Shown here piece by piece: positions 52,801-64,000 of a stretch of 64,000 bases of DNA. The stretch spans positions 26,440,343 to 26,504,342 of the forward strand of contig OZ037766.1 of NCBI GenBank assembly GCA_964035545.1, read 5' to 3'. The DNA comes from Bugula neritina. Lineage: Eukaryota > Animalia > Bryozoa. The notes under the pieces were generated by a model. It saw only the letters and a list, made by a program, of their open reading frames with translations, made no database searches and had not been told where the DNA came from. Position 1 is the stretch's first letter, and each line of letters begins with the position of its first letter. The position numbers and the translations under genes are program-made.

Positions 52801-55357
52801 GGGTATATATAGCTTAGTGGCATCTGCATAACTTTACATGGCTATCGTTATTGATGGAAACGATTTCTAGAAATCAGTTCAATACGCATGTGAATTCAAA
52901 TCTGTTCATTGTTACCGTACATATATTTAAGGTATCATTTGACAGTTTTGTTTTCATGTCACTTATTATTGTGTGTAGGAGACGGTGACTCAGGGTCCCT
53001 TTGTGATGCGTACGACGTGTAGGAAATGTGGTGGCACCAGACAGTTCATAGAGTTCAAGTGTACCGAGTGCGCAGGGTCTGGCCGTACTGTGCAGAGAAA
53101 GTACATCACCGTGCCTGTCCCGGCCGGAGTCGAGGACGGGCAAACAGTGCGCATGCCCGTCGGCAGTAAAGAGATATTCATCACTTTCAGGGTCTGTATT
53201 CTGTGCTAATACTATTCTAATAAAGGTAGACAAATATGAGTATTGGCAATGTAATGCATCAACTTTTAATGAAAGTAGACAACTCTTAACATTAGCAATA
53301 TAATATTTATTATAATAAGGTAGATAACTCTTAGCATTAGCAATGACATACAGTAATGTGGAGCAACACCTACAGTAACAGATTAGTCTGCACTATCATG
53401 ACCGCGTTTCCAACTATGGGTGTTGAATTTGTGTCTTCACTACAGGTTGAGAAATCTACCTTCTTCAGGCGAGAAGGTGCCGATATCCATAGTGATGTAT
53501 CCATATCTCTATCGCAAGCTGTGTTGGGGGGTAAAATCACCGCCCCTGGCATATACTCTGACATACAACTCACTGTAAGTGTATATTTGCCTGTATGTGC
53601 TATCCTTTCTCCAATATGTAGAATGTAATGCGTAGGTTAACTAAACTGACCTTTTTGCTTAAATATGCTGTTTACTTATGTGTCATCTGTCAGGTTTATT
53701 GCTACACTATTCTGACAGTCCACAACAGGTCTGTGCCTTGATTGTTTTCCTGTAGAATTTCGTACCCTACGCTATTAGGTTATTCTATCTCACTATACAT
53801 GTACTATACTATACTATGCTATACTATACTATACTAAACTGTACTATACTATGCTATACTATACTATACTATACTGTGTTATACTATACTATACTTTACT
53901 TTACTATACTAAACTGTACTATACTATGCTATACTATACTACACTATACTATATATACTATACTATACTACACTACACTATACTGTGTTATACTGTACTA
54001 TACTATACTGTACTATACTGCACCATACTATACTATATTATATGGTGGTAGTTATTACTCTGTACTGTGCTATTGAACACTGTATTATGATATACTATCC
54101 TGTATTATGTTATACTATACTGTATTATGTTATACTATATTGTATTATGTTATACTATACTGCATTATGTGTTGTGTATTTAGATTCCCGCAGGTACTAG
54201 CTCTCACTACCGTATGCGACTCGCAGGTAAAGGAATAAAGCGAGTCAACAGCTATGGCTCCGGTGACCACTATGTCCACATCAAGATAAACGTGCCAAAG
54301 TATGCTGCCCGTTACAGCTCTTTCTCTTTTGATTCTGTGTGATTCAGGCGTTGTTTCTCTTACACTGTCGCTCTGTTAGAGTTCGCGTATTCTGTAGTAT
54401 ATAAGGTGTATTCTTTAGTATATAAAGTGTATCCTGTAGTAAAAAAAGATACATTTTGTAGTAAGCTATACATATTATTTACTAAAGCAAGAGTATTCTG
54501 TTATTATCAAGAAAATATAGGAGATAAGTGTATTCATTAGTAAAATGCAGTTTTTGTAAGACAAGTGTATTCTGCAGCTAACTATATATCACAAGGAGCT
54601 GTAATAGTTTGTAAAGCAATGAATGCTCTAAACTCACTGATATACTCCTGTATATTTGCAGGAAGCTAACAGCGAAGCAGAAAGCCCTTTTGCTCTCCTA
54701 TGCTGAGTTAGATACTGCTAGCAAGGGTTCTGTGAACGGAGTGACTGAGATCAACTCGGGTGAGTGAGGGCTGCAGTTGGCAGGCACCATGTCTACACAC
54801 GTACAGTGCATGTGCACACAGGCTATTTTGTGAATTATTGAGTTAACCTCCTCAAACAAGAATTCCTGTATAATCGAAGTGTGAGGCGTTTGGTCGGGGG
54901 ATAAGGTGTTCACCTACACATTTAAAGCTGCATCAAACAGGGGCCAATTTCTCAAGTTTGTAGTAAAGCCGGTTATTTTAAAATTTCAAATTGAACTGAC
55001 TGGGACCTGCTTTAAGTTGTTTTTCTCGCAATGTGATTGGATGTTTTTTTGGTTAATGACATGCTCTTTGGGTGGAATAATATATATATTACGAGCAATA
55101 TTGAGAAATATCTGCAGCAAACAATGAGAAACTGAAGCCAACGATGCTGTTCAGTCTTACGTAGCTTGAGAACTCAAATAAACTTGCAGTGTGCACTAAG
55201 GCTGAGGCTTTCACCACTCTCATTGTTATCTGTAGAAAAGACGAGTCATTCTAAGAGCCCAGGTTCTGCTCAAGAACAACCAAATACTAACCAATCCGAT
55301 GAATTTAATGGGGATGAAGGCTTTCTTAGTAAATTGAAGAAAAAGATATTTGGCTAA
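49880..55357 (+). CDS. DNAJA3: Mitochondrial Hsp40 co-chaperone DnaJA3/Tid1; exons 49880-50015, 50680-50885, 51465-51548, 51772-51862, 52296-52441, 52578-52730, 52979-53191, 53446-53574, 54184-54299, 54662-54758, 55236-55357
   Basis: Basic presequence-like N-terminus, J domain ([32 protein letters not shown]), G/F region ([11 protein letters not shown]), zinc-finger motifs ([29 protein letters not shown]), [26 protein letters not shown] and the C-terminal [12 protein letters not shown]. Confidence 0.96.
51549..51668. repeat. 32-bp minisatellite (~3.5 copies) beginning at a DNAJA3 splice donor
   Basis: TTTACTGTTACTAGTATACTAAACTCTTGGTA repeated directly after GAG|GTACTG. Confidence 0.9.
53800..54175. 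repeat. (ATACT)n-type pentanucleotide microsatellite ending just before a DNAJA3 acceptor
   Basis: ATACT/GTACT/ATGTT repeats. They explain the spurious Tyr-rich ORFs at 53816-54200. Confidence 0.95.
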
Positions 55358-55708
55358 TTCTATATTCTATTTAATTTATTTTGGTATGTTTTACTCTTCA
55401 ACTCAAAACACTTGAATGCACTTTATCGTGCTATTCAGCTAATTTGAGTTATCTATAAATCAGGTGTACACTTTATTCTGGTGTCCACAGCTCGTGGTTG
55501 TAGAAATATGTAAAAAAAAGTTTGTAATTAACAATTCTTTTGAATTTTTCAACTGGTCAAGCATTGAACAACGTATAGAGAAAACCATTTTATTAGTGAA
55601 CATAAAGTTTTTGGAATTTAATATTCACTAATGAAATGGTTTTCCCTATACGTTGTTGTGAACATACCACAATGCTAGGCTATAACTATGATGTCATTCA
55701 TTTTCCAG

Positions 55709-56061
55709 GTTTGAAACACGCGATCACTGATGAGGCCGGCTACGTCCCGCAGATTAGAAATGTTCTAGATTGGTGCGAAAAGAGTGAGCATAAAATTGAA
55801 GAAGCCGTTGAAGATCAAAGCAAAAGTGACTCGCCTAATCAAACTAGTGATGAAACAACTCCCAAGTCTAGTGATGAAACAACTCCCAAGTCTAGTGGTG
55901 AAACAACTCCCAACTCTAATGATAAGACAACTCCTAAATCTAGTGATTCTACTGAGAGTGACTCCCAGTCAAACTCAACTAATTCAAGTGACAGTCACTC
56001 AACTAGCAATGATGATGAATCAGAGTCATCTTCTGAAAGTAACCGTCAAAGCAGTAACTGA
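55709..56061 (+). CDS. DNAJA3: Probable alternative terminal exon of DNAJA3 (long, acidic Ser/Thr-rich C-terminus)
   Basis: Strong acceptor TTCATTTTCCAG|GT in phase 1, matching the donor at 54758. Open frame GLKHAITDEAGYVPQIRNVL...RQSSN*. AATAAA at 56518. Confidence 0.65.
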
Positions 56062-59000
56062 CTGAAATGCTGATGTTTCTCCTCTCCTCTGTATGCGAAC
56101 ATCTGCAACTGGCTCATGAAGTCAGACTAACATGTTCCGAGACTATTCATATTCGAGTAAAAGTTTTCATCAGAAAGCCATCTAGTAAGATAGCAGTACA
56201 AACGTTCCAAAACTAGGCTCTTCATAATATTGTATGCATCAATGCAACCTTAAAAATACGTCTAGTTTCTGTTGTTATCTACTATTCCTGATTAGTCGCT
56301 ATAGCATTTTGTAAGAGATATGATATTGTTTGAGATTTTAGTGTAACATAAGTCACTGTGACTCGTCACTAAAAGTTATTCATAAGAAAATTAGTTTTTC
56401 TGGGAGTTATTTTACTATTTATTTATGTAAAAACTTTGTGCATTTATTGTTGGTTGTCAAAGAGGAGATTTCATCATTGTAAAACCTGTTTCATTGCTTA
56501 TAATATACGATTAGGCGAATAAATGTGTGACAGTGCATCAAATTGTACTTGTGTTGTATGTATTACTGGAAATACTGCATCAAAATGTAAATATTTCTAT
56601 TTGTTTTACAAACATGCTTTATTCCTCCTTTTTAATGATTTTATTATAATTTATTCATGGAGTAGGCATATGTTTAAATATGGTGAAGAACTATTCTAGC
56701 ACCTTTCATTATTGTTTAATCCTTACAACAGCTGACTTCAAATTGGATTTATGCTGTCAGAATTCAATTAAACCAATTCCTAGGTTGTAAAATCAACTGG
56801 AGAGATGAAAAATAATATATTGAATAAGTAAGGTTACCTGTTGATAGAATTCAGGGTTTTATTTCATATACAATTAGTTTCTCAGAAATACAAGATTAGT
56901 TGGAGTAAATTTCATTCAGTATAGGCTTCTGTCATTTGAATTGGTAAATTATAATATTTTAGAAACAAATATTGTTTATTGAAAATCTAGCACTAGCTGT
57001 TCTTGTGAAATATTAAAAAATAAAACTGGAAAATAAATGCTAAAATCTCAGTTTTATTATAGCACTTTTCTCACTAATAGATTAGCTTTTGACTTGGAAT
57101 ATTTTTATCTGTAATATTGCCAACTGCATCCTCTGTAACCTGTTTCTGCACAATATCTTTTATGTTGAGAAGACAACTTGTAAGTATGCATCTAATATAA
57201 TATTATAATAGTATAATTTTATGCACTTTCATAATTGAATTGAATATTTTGATTCTCCATCAATATCCTATGCAAGAAAATGGCAGCTTTGATAAACAGT
57301 CACTATACATGAGCTCTCCACAGTCTTTGACAAGCAAGTAGAGATAACTTTTACTATAAATACCCATGCCGGCACTATCAGGGTATAGCAAGTGAGGGTA
57401 TAGTGACTATAGTCAGTAGAAAGTACTACTTCTCTAACTGCCTGCTGTATTATTCTGCTCATTTCCTCAACTGTCACCGATGACTGGCATGTAGGGCCCA
57501 CCCTAGATTTGCATTCTGTAATTTTAATGCACAAAATTGAATACATTATAATATCATTACTGTTAGTAGACTAAAGCTTTTGTGTCACCCTGTAATGGCT
57601 GTGGTTTAAATATTTGGTACATACTCTAACAGCTAAACCACTGATCTATATACTAATGATTAATAAATACTGATATACTAATGAGTAAAATACTAATCTA
57701 CTCATGCAAGGCTGAAATACTGATCTTTTGGTCCATTGAACAAAATTTGAAAAGCTATGGAATTGGCAGCCTATTTTATATCAGAGAAAACTTGAGTATT
57801 TATTAAATTATTGCATAATACATCCCATGTACAATGCTATAATATACTGCCAAGTCCCTAGATATCTTAAAACTGATACATTCTTTTTAAAAAAATATTT
57901 TATGGCAGTGTTTGATAAAATCGCATTATAATCCTTATCCCAGCACAGTAAATGTCATTCCAGTATTTTATGCAAGTAGTAAGAATCCCAAGAATGGGCA
58001 CTGCACATAGTAGTTCTTATTCTAAATTAAAAGCCTCCTTAAATTCGCAAATTTATATCATTATTTAGGCACACAATTTATCTTGTTAATGCACAGTACA
58101 GTCATATGAATAACTTATTAGCCTGGTGAACAGCTGATTCACTATAGGTATAAATTTTGCTGCCAATTGTCTCTGAATAGCCTTTCCTTTCAATAATAAT
58201 ACATGTTGAGCTCTTTTTGCTGGAGTCCGTGAGAGTTTCTTAATTTCTATTTTTTACTATCGCAGATGCTGCTTACTGACTTTGCATGAAAATGCATAGA
58301 TTTGTATATATAACATGATGTCATAACACCATATCGTGCATTATTAGTCCAGGGTTCTACATAGTGCAGATATTACCATATCAAGTGATAAGACACCGTC
58401 ATGAAAACAACTATATCTTAAAAGGTAGTCTTAAACTTTTGCAAATTACTGTAGTATGAAGTGTATAGCACCAAATATATATTGTATGTTATATGTAATT
58501 ATTAATACATTACTTGTTATAATGATATATCTGAGTTTGTGTTATTTTACTTACTGTTAATATGTAGGTTATGACTAAACTTGTGCTTTATTAAAGCTTT
58601 TCATTAATTACAACATGTTTAGCTGTAATGAAATAAAATTGCCTGTAGCTTGAGCTCTAGCCAGTCTATAAAAATGTTAGGGTTGCTATGCAAGCCCTCC
58701 CTGTAAATCATTATTATATTTGCAAACAATGGTAGGAATTGTGCTTTATAACATCCTGGGTGAGTTCAACTCATTATCATTTTTGGCTACATTATTGCAC
58801 CCACCCAAAATTATAACAGCTACCTTTTATGTAAACACATTAGAAAATTGTCATGCTATAATTTAATTGCTAATATTGATAATAATGTATACTAATTGTG
58901 ATATAATGGTATCAACTTGTGTATAGAGATGTTTTGGACGGCAACTGTTTAATATGCATAGTATATTATAATAGTATTCAGCATTTAGTGTGGTGAATTT

Positions 59001-59089
59001 TATCACTTCCACTTCATCTATTGCTGGCCATCACTTACTCAATAAACCAGTTCAGGGTGAGACTTCTTTAGTATTCCTCCACAATCTAG

Positions 59090-62000
59090 ATGAGTAGCGT
59101 TACAGTGGCGTGAGTATTTTCATAGTTTACCAGCCTTTCTGTGTTAAATATGCAATTACTGTATACATTGTAAATTTGTCGAGCTACATATTGTAAAAAT
59201 ATTCTCTACAGCTTTTTGTATATACATTCCATTATTTTGCAAACATGCAATTTTAATGGGTTCAATGTAGAAATACTAAAAATGCTCCTTGCTACTTTCT
59301 AGTTCTAGAAAAGAGCAAAGGTACTGTAGTTAGAATAAGTCTAGTTTGAGAGAATGCTGTAATGTATCTTATTATTATATTTTAATGTTTTTAGTATCAT
59401 CATTATATAACCATATTGTAAAGTACATACCATCTCTAAAATGTACATTTCCAATTTATTCAAAAATATTTAGCACTAAATACAGCAGAAAAATGATGCA
59501 TCATAGTATAATAATAGTTATAATACAATAATAATGTTACAATAAATATAAAAATATTGCAATATTTAGGCCTGTTTCGTATGAAGTTTCACAGTTGCCA
59601 CTATCTTGTCCTGCAAAGCCTTAAAATTTCGAAAGAATCAATTTACTTCGTTTTTATTTTCAGAGTTGTAGCTGAGGCTCCTCCTGGGTTCAAGGATGGG
59701 ATGGCTCCTCCTCCACCCGTACGCAGACTCTCATCAAATGGTAGTCCTACTGAAAAATCTAGCTGTGGCACTTGCTTACAAAGACTACCTTTTATGGTTG
59801 ATCCAAGGAAGCTGCCTTGCTCTCATGTCTTCTGCTTTCCATGCCTGAAGAGTGAATTCGCCAAAACAAATGCTGTCAACTGTCCAGTATGCGGGTAAGT
59901 CAGCAACCACTTTTCTCTTTGGAGAGTTAATGTCTAGTCCTCAGGCTAAGCATAGAAAGCCAAACAAAACATGTTCCAATGATTACATTTCATTGGCTGT
60001 TACTGAATGCGGGATTCTATTGCTGTTTTACAAATTATGTATGCAAATTAATTACAACTCTTGTCTAGTTAGGGATTTACTTTTTTATCAACTTAATTAA
60101 CTTTTGTGACATCTGTAGGTAATTCATGTAAATTGTACAAAGATGAACCGAGTGAGAATATTTGTCATTGAAATTAACATAATTTTTTTTAAATCTTTCT
60201 TTAGTAATCATAGTGTTTGTGGGGAAAAGTAAAGACATAATAATAATAATTTAAGAATCTGTGATAAATACTAATTTCATTAGCAAAAGCAAGCAAGTGA
60301 GAACTTTAGAGTAAAGTAGTTCATCTAAGTTTTGATATCTTCAGATAGAAAACACCTCGTCGGCCTGTAAAAACCCTATAGGCTAAAAACTAATATACTC
60401 ATTACAATCTTGTACTCTGAGAAGTCCACATATTCATTCCGATGTCAGTGGAAAAAGCAGTTGCTATCTTTTTAGTAAAAAGTAGCTTGCAGAGTGTTCC
60501 AATAAAGTACTGGATTGTTGCTATCTAATAGTCACAGCTGTAGAGAGTTGGTAAAGATGGATAGTTTCATAGCCATGTGTAAAGGTGCCAATTTTTGTTT
60601 AAGTTGAAATTTTAAAACTTTTGTCAATTTGAAGATTTGTTACTAACTTTATATAAACAACTTTTCGTGTTGAAACTTTTTACCAGAGCCTCTGATTTTT
60701 GCTATAATTATAATAATATGTTAGTTTCTTGTTATAATTTATTCAGGCGTAAGCAAGTCTTACTTTGTATTCAATTAAGCATCATTTAGTTAGTTGCACA
60801 GTAAGTTAAAAATGGATGAAATTTTAATTAAATGCTCAAGGTTTTACTGTTAATCTCACAAACAATGACAATAAAGCTCTACAGTGGGTGTGTATTAAAA
60901 GATGCCAAGTAAAAATAAGGCACGCCTTTGTTTATCCAGCTCTGTATTTCTGTATTCATGTGTCTAAAACTGATTGAATGGTGGTTAATAGGGTTCTACT
61001 GTTGTACACCAGCAGTCTAGTTTTTTGAATAGCATAGACTACGCAGGGAATATGACTAGGAAAGAAGGGATCAGAAAGGTTTTTAGTTATAATAGTATTT
61101 TAGGATTGTAATATTACAAAATCTAATACACTACAGTTGTAAACTGCATGAGCAGCAATTTATTTGTCAATGTATTGTTTCAATTATAACTTACTGTTTT
61201 AATAACTTATGGTGCTATTTATTCTAAGCTGGTATGGTTATTTTTATTTGAGTATTTGCAAAAAAGTTTTAATATATTGTAAGTGTAGGAACTTATTAGG
61301 TGACTAAACAATTTGCAATTCTGTTGTCATATTATTGGCTACATAAGTGTGTGTGTATGTGTGTGTATGTGTGTATGTGTGTGTATGTGTGTGTATATGT
61401 GTGTATGTGTGTGTATGTGTGTGTGAAATTGTTAGTAGCATTGCTCTTTATAATTTCTATTTTTGTAAATCTCACTTTACATTTGCACTTGAGCAGTATT
61501 TACAAATTATTTGAAGTTTGTATGTCACAAAATGTATCTTGTGATGTTTTCAAGCTATATAACTTCTGATTATTATACTGTATATCTCACTACAGCGTTA
61601 CACATGCACACTAAGTTCTCCCCTCACCTATTTATTCCCCTCTGTCTTGTTTGGGTAACAGGTGATGAATACTAAATAGTATTTGTTATTAATTATCTAG
61701 GAAAGTATTTGACAACTTGGAGATGGACAAAGTAACTAAAGTACAAAGAATGAAAAGTGACGAGGATAACAGGTCAATCAAGGAGCCAGTCTCTGTGCTC
61801 TGTGACGTCTGCAAGAAGGATCCCGTCGCCGCCATCTCTTTTTGCATTGACTGTGGAAAGAAGATGTGCCCTCGGCATCTGGAGGTACGCTTCTAGCGCA
61901 GTGCTTCTATAGAAACTATAGAAACTAAGAAGCTAAATAAGATATCTTATTTAGTTTTTTTCAAACATTTAAAAGCAGTAGTGGAGAAATTGAGATTGCT

Positions 62001-63968
62001 TAAGTTCTTTTATTTTATTATTAAATTCTGCTTTGAAATTTTTGTGAGAACACAACTTCTTATGCTACATTTCTAATTTGGAACACAGGCTTTTCTTAAT
62101 TTCTCTATTACTGCACCTACTTCCTTTCAGATTCTCAACTGGAATTCTTTGACTAATACAATTTGACTGCATCCCAAACCATAAATAGTTTGTCTAGATG
62201 TAGCTCATTGGTTAAAATATTGTATCACATGGCAACATATGTTTGTTCTCAGCTGAAAAGCACTTTCAATAAGTAAACAAGTCAGAAACATAAAGTAGTT
62301 TTTGAATTTTTCCAAACTTTCAATCTAAAAAATAAAACTTTTTGCTACAGTTTCATGATGGATATCAGATTGACTTCTCTAAGAAGAAGCATAAGCAGAT
62401 AAGTATCGAAGTATACAGAGCGTCGCCAAACAAGTTTGTCGTGTGCGAGAAACCTGGCCACTCCAACCAACAACTTACAAAAGCCTGCAGAAACTGTCAC
62501 AAGCTCTTCTGTGACAAGTGTGACACAAAAGCTGCCTGTGATGTGAATGGAGGTAAATTATTAGCAAAATATGTGATTGTATCTCTTGTGACAAAAATAT
62601 AGCATGTGTTACAACATAGTTGGTTACTAAATAGTATGACCGAAAACTTTAATTATTTGTATTGCAGCCGTAAAAAATGTTACTTGTGGTCATTTATATT
62701 GATAACTCTAAATGCTTATCACTTTTTTTTGTATTTAGTCTGCACTGTAAAGATACATTCTTAATTTTTCTAAAACTCAAGTTTATCAAACAAATTTGCA
62801 ACAACCAAAGTTATTTATGTTTACACTTAACTTAACTGCATTATTTTAATTTCTATCTTGTGTTCATAAAGATTCTCATCATACTACTCATGTTTTACTG
62901 TTCTCAAATTTGAAGATTTTTTTCAACCTAATTTAATGTGATGATGCCTAGATGATCTTATACAATATGTCTATATTTTATATCATGTGACTAGGCAGTT
63001 TTAAAATTTAGTAAATCATGTGACTGAGCAGCCCTATAATTTCTTAATAGATCATATAACTAAGCAATCCCATACTTTAGAACTTTGTTTTAATGTCTCT
63101 AAAACATTTTCTTTTCACAGCCAAAGTTCATGACCCAAGAGAGATTGAGAACTTGTCTGTAGAACTTAAGGATATACTGAGTAAGAAGATGGAGTTGTGT
63201 TCTGGTAAGATAACAGATATCATACGTCTGCAGAAGAACACGTCTGGAGATCTTTGTGACATTCAAGAGAAAGTCGGACAAATGCTGGAAGAAGTTGATA
63301 GAACTGCTGAAGATCACGTAATGTGAAAAATATCTTCTGCTGCTTCTGAGCTTTCATATATATTCGTAGTTGCCATAATGAACAACATCAGTTCTTTGAA
63401 AATTTTTAGCTAGTTAGGCAAAAACAATTTATAAAAAAATATAGTCAACATTTTTAATGAAAAATTTAAATTAGAAATTGTTTTAATGAAATCTCTGACT
63501 CAACAAATGTCCTGCTGACAAGCTAACACACCTTGAGCCAAAATACAGACAAAAAGATTACTTAACAAGAACTATACATTTTTTAATGATGTTAATTTTT
63601 TGTTCACTTTGTGCATTTAATTATGCATTTATTGTAGATATCAATGATCAAATCAAAGGCAGATCAGCTAAAGAACGAAATAACTTTGCATCTGAATCAG
63701 AGCAGTAATCAAGTGGATGTGTTTAGTTCGTCTTTAATGGCAAAGAAAGATCAGCTCGATGACCTTTGGACATCAACTCAACATCTTATCACTCAGGTTA
63801 GTCTCTCCTTGCCCGATATTGCAGTGTTGAAGAAAACTTAGGCTATTTTAGCCTATTATAATTTAGATATAACTGCTTCCAAGCTTACTGAGATTATTCA
63901 AGAGCTTAAAAGTTATTTGTTTAAATTTTACTCATCAATAGGTGGGAGCTGATCCTAAACTGTTTGAG
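59090..63968 (+). CDS. TRIM/RBCC E3 ligase-like protein (RING, two B-boxes, coiled coil), probably continuing beyond the window; exons 59090-59109, 59664-59894, 61701-61884, 62351-62552, 63121-63317, 63639-63796, 63942-
   Basis: C3HC4 RING CGTC...LPCSHVFCFPC...CPVC; B-box 1 CDVC...FCIDCGKKMCPRH; B-box 2 CEKPGH...CRNCHKLFCDKC; downstream heptad-like helical exons. The N-terminal phases join. Confidence 0.88.
61347..61425. repeat. (TG)n/(TGTGTGTA)n microsatellite
   Basis: Direct inspection. Confidence 0.95.
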
Positions 63969-64000
63969 GTAGTAATGAGAAATTAAAAAAAACTTGTGCT

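Noticed and set aside
53816-54200. Tyr-rich ORFs
   Set aside because: These are translations of the (ATACT)n microsatellite in a DNAJA3 intron.

Overview
AT-rich, intron-rich eukaryotic (invertebrate animal) genomic DNA, so the ORF track shows mostly exon fragments. Manual splicing supports seven protein-coding genes: an ANKRD50-like P-loop NTPase/ankyrin gene (-, runs off the window start), a FAM43-like PTB/PID protein (-), an ABHD14-like alpha/beta hydrolase (+), an aristaless/Arx-like Q50 PRD homeobox gene (+), GSTCD (-), mitochondrial Hsp40 DNAJA3/Tid1 (+, head-to-head with GSTCD, with two candidate terminal exons) and a RING-B-box-B-box-coiled-coil TRIM (+, probably runs off the end). 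Mobile DNA includes three copies of a tRNA-derived SINE with degenerate target-site duplications, a 5'-truncated LINE and a solo-LTR-like element. The most unusual signal is that minisatellites repeatedly start at, or span, splice sites. The extreme case is a ~2.5-kb array of 23-bp units, each a copy of the real 3' splice site followed 3 nt later by a perfect GTAAGT donor. All exon boundaries are inferred from GT-AG sites, reading frame and remembered homology, not from transcript data.
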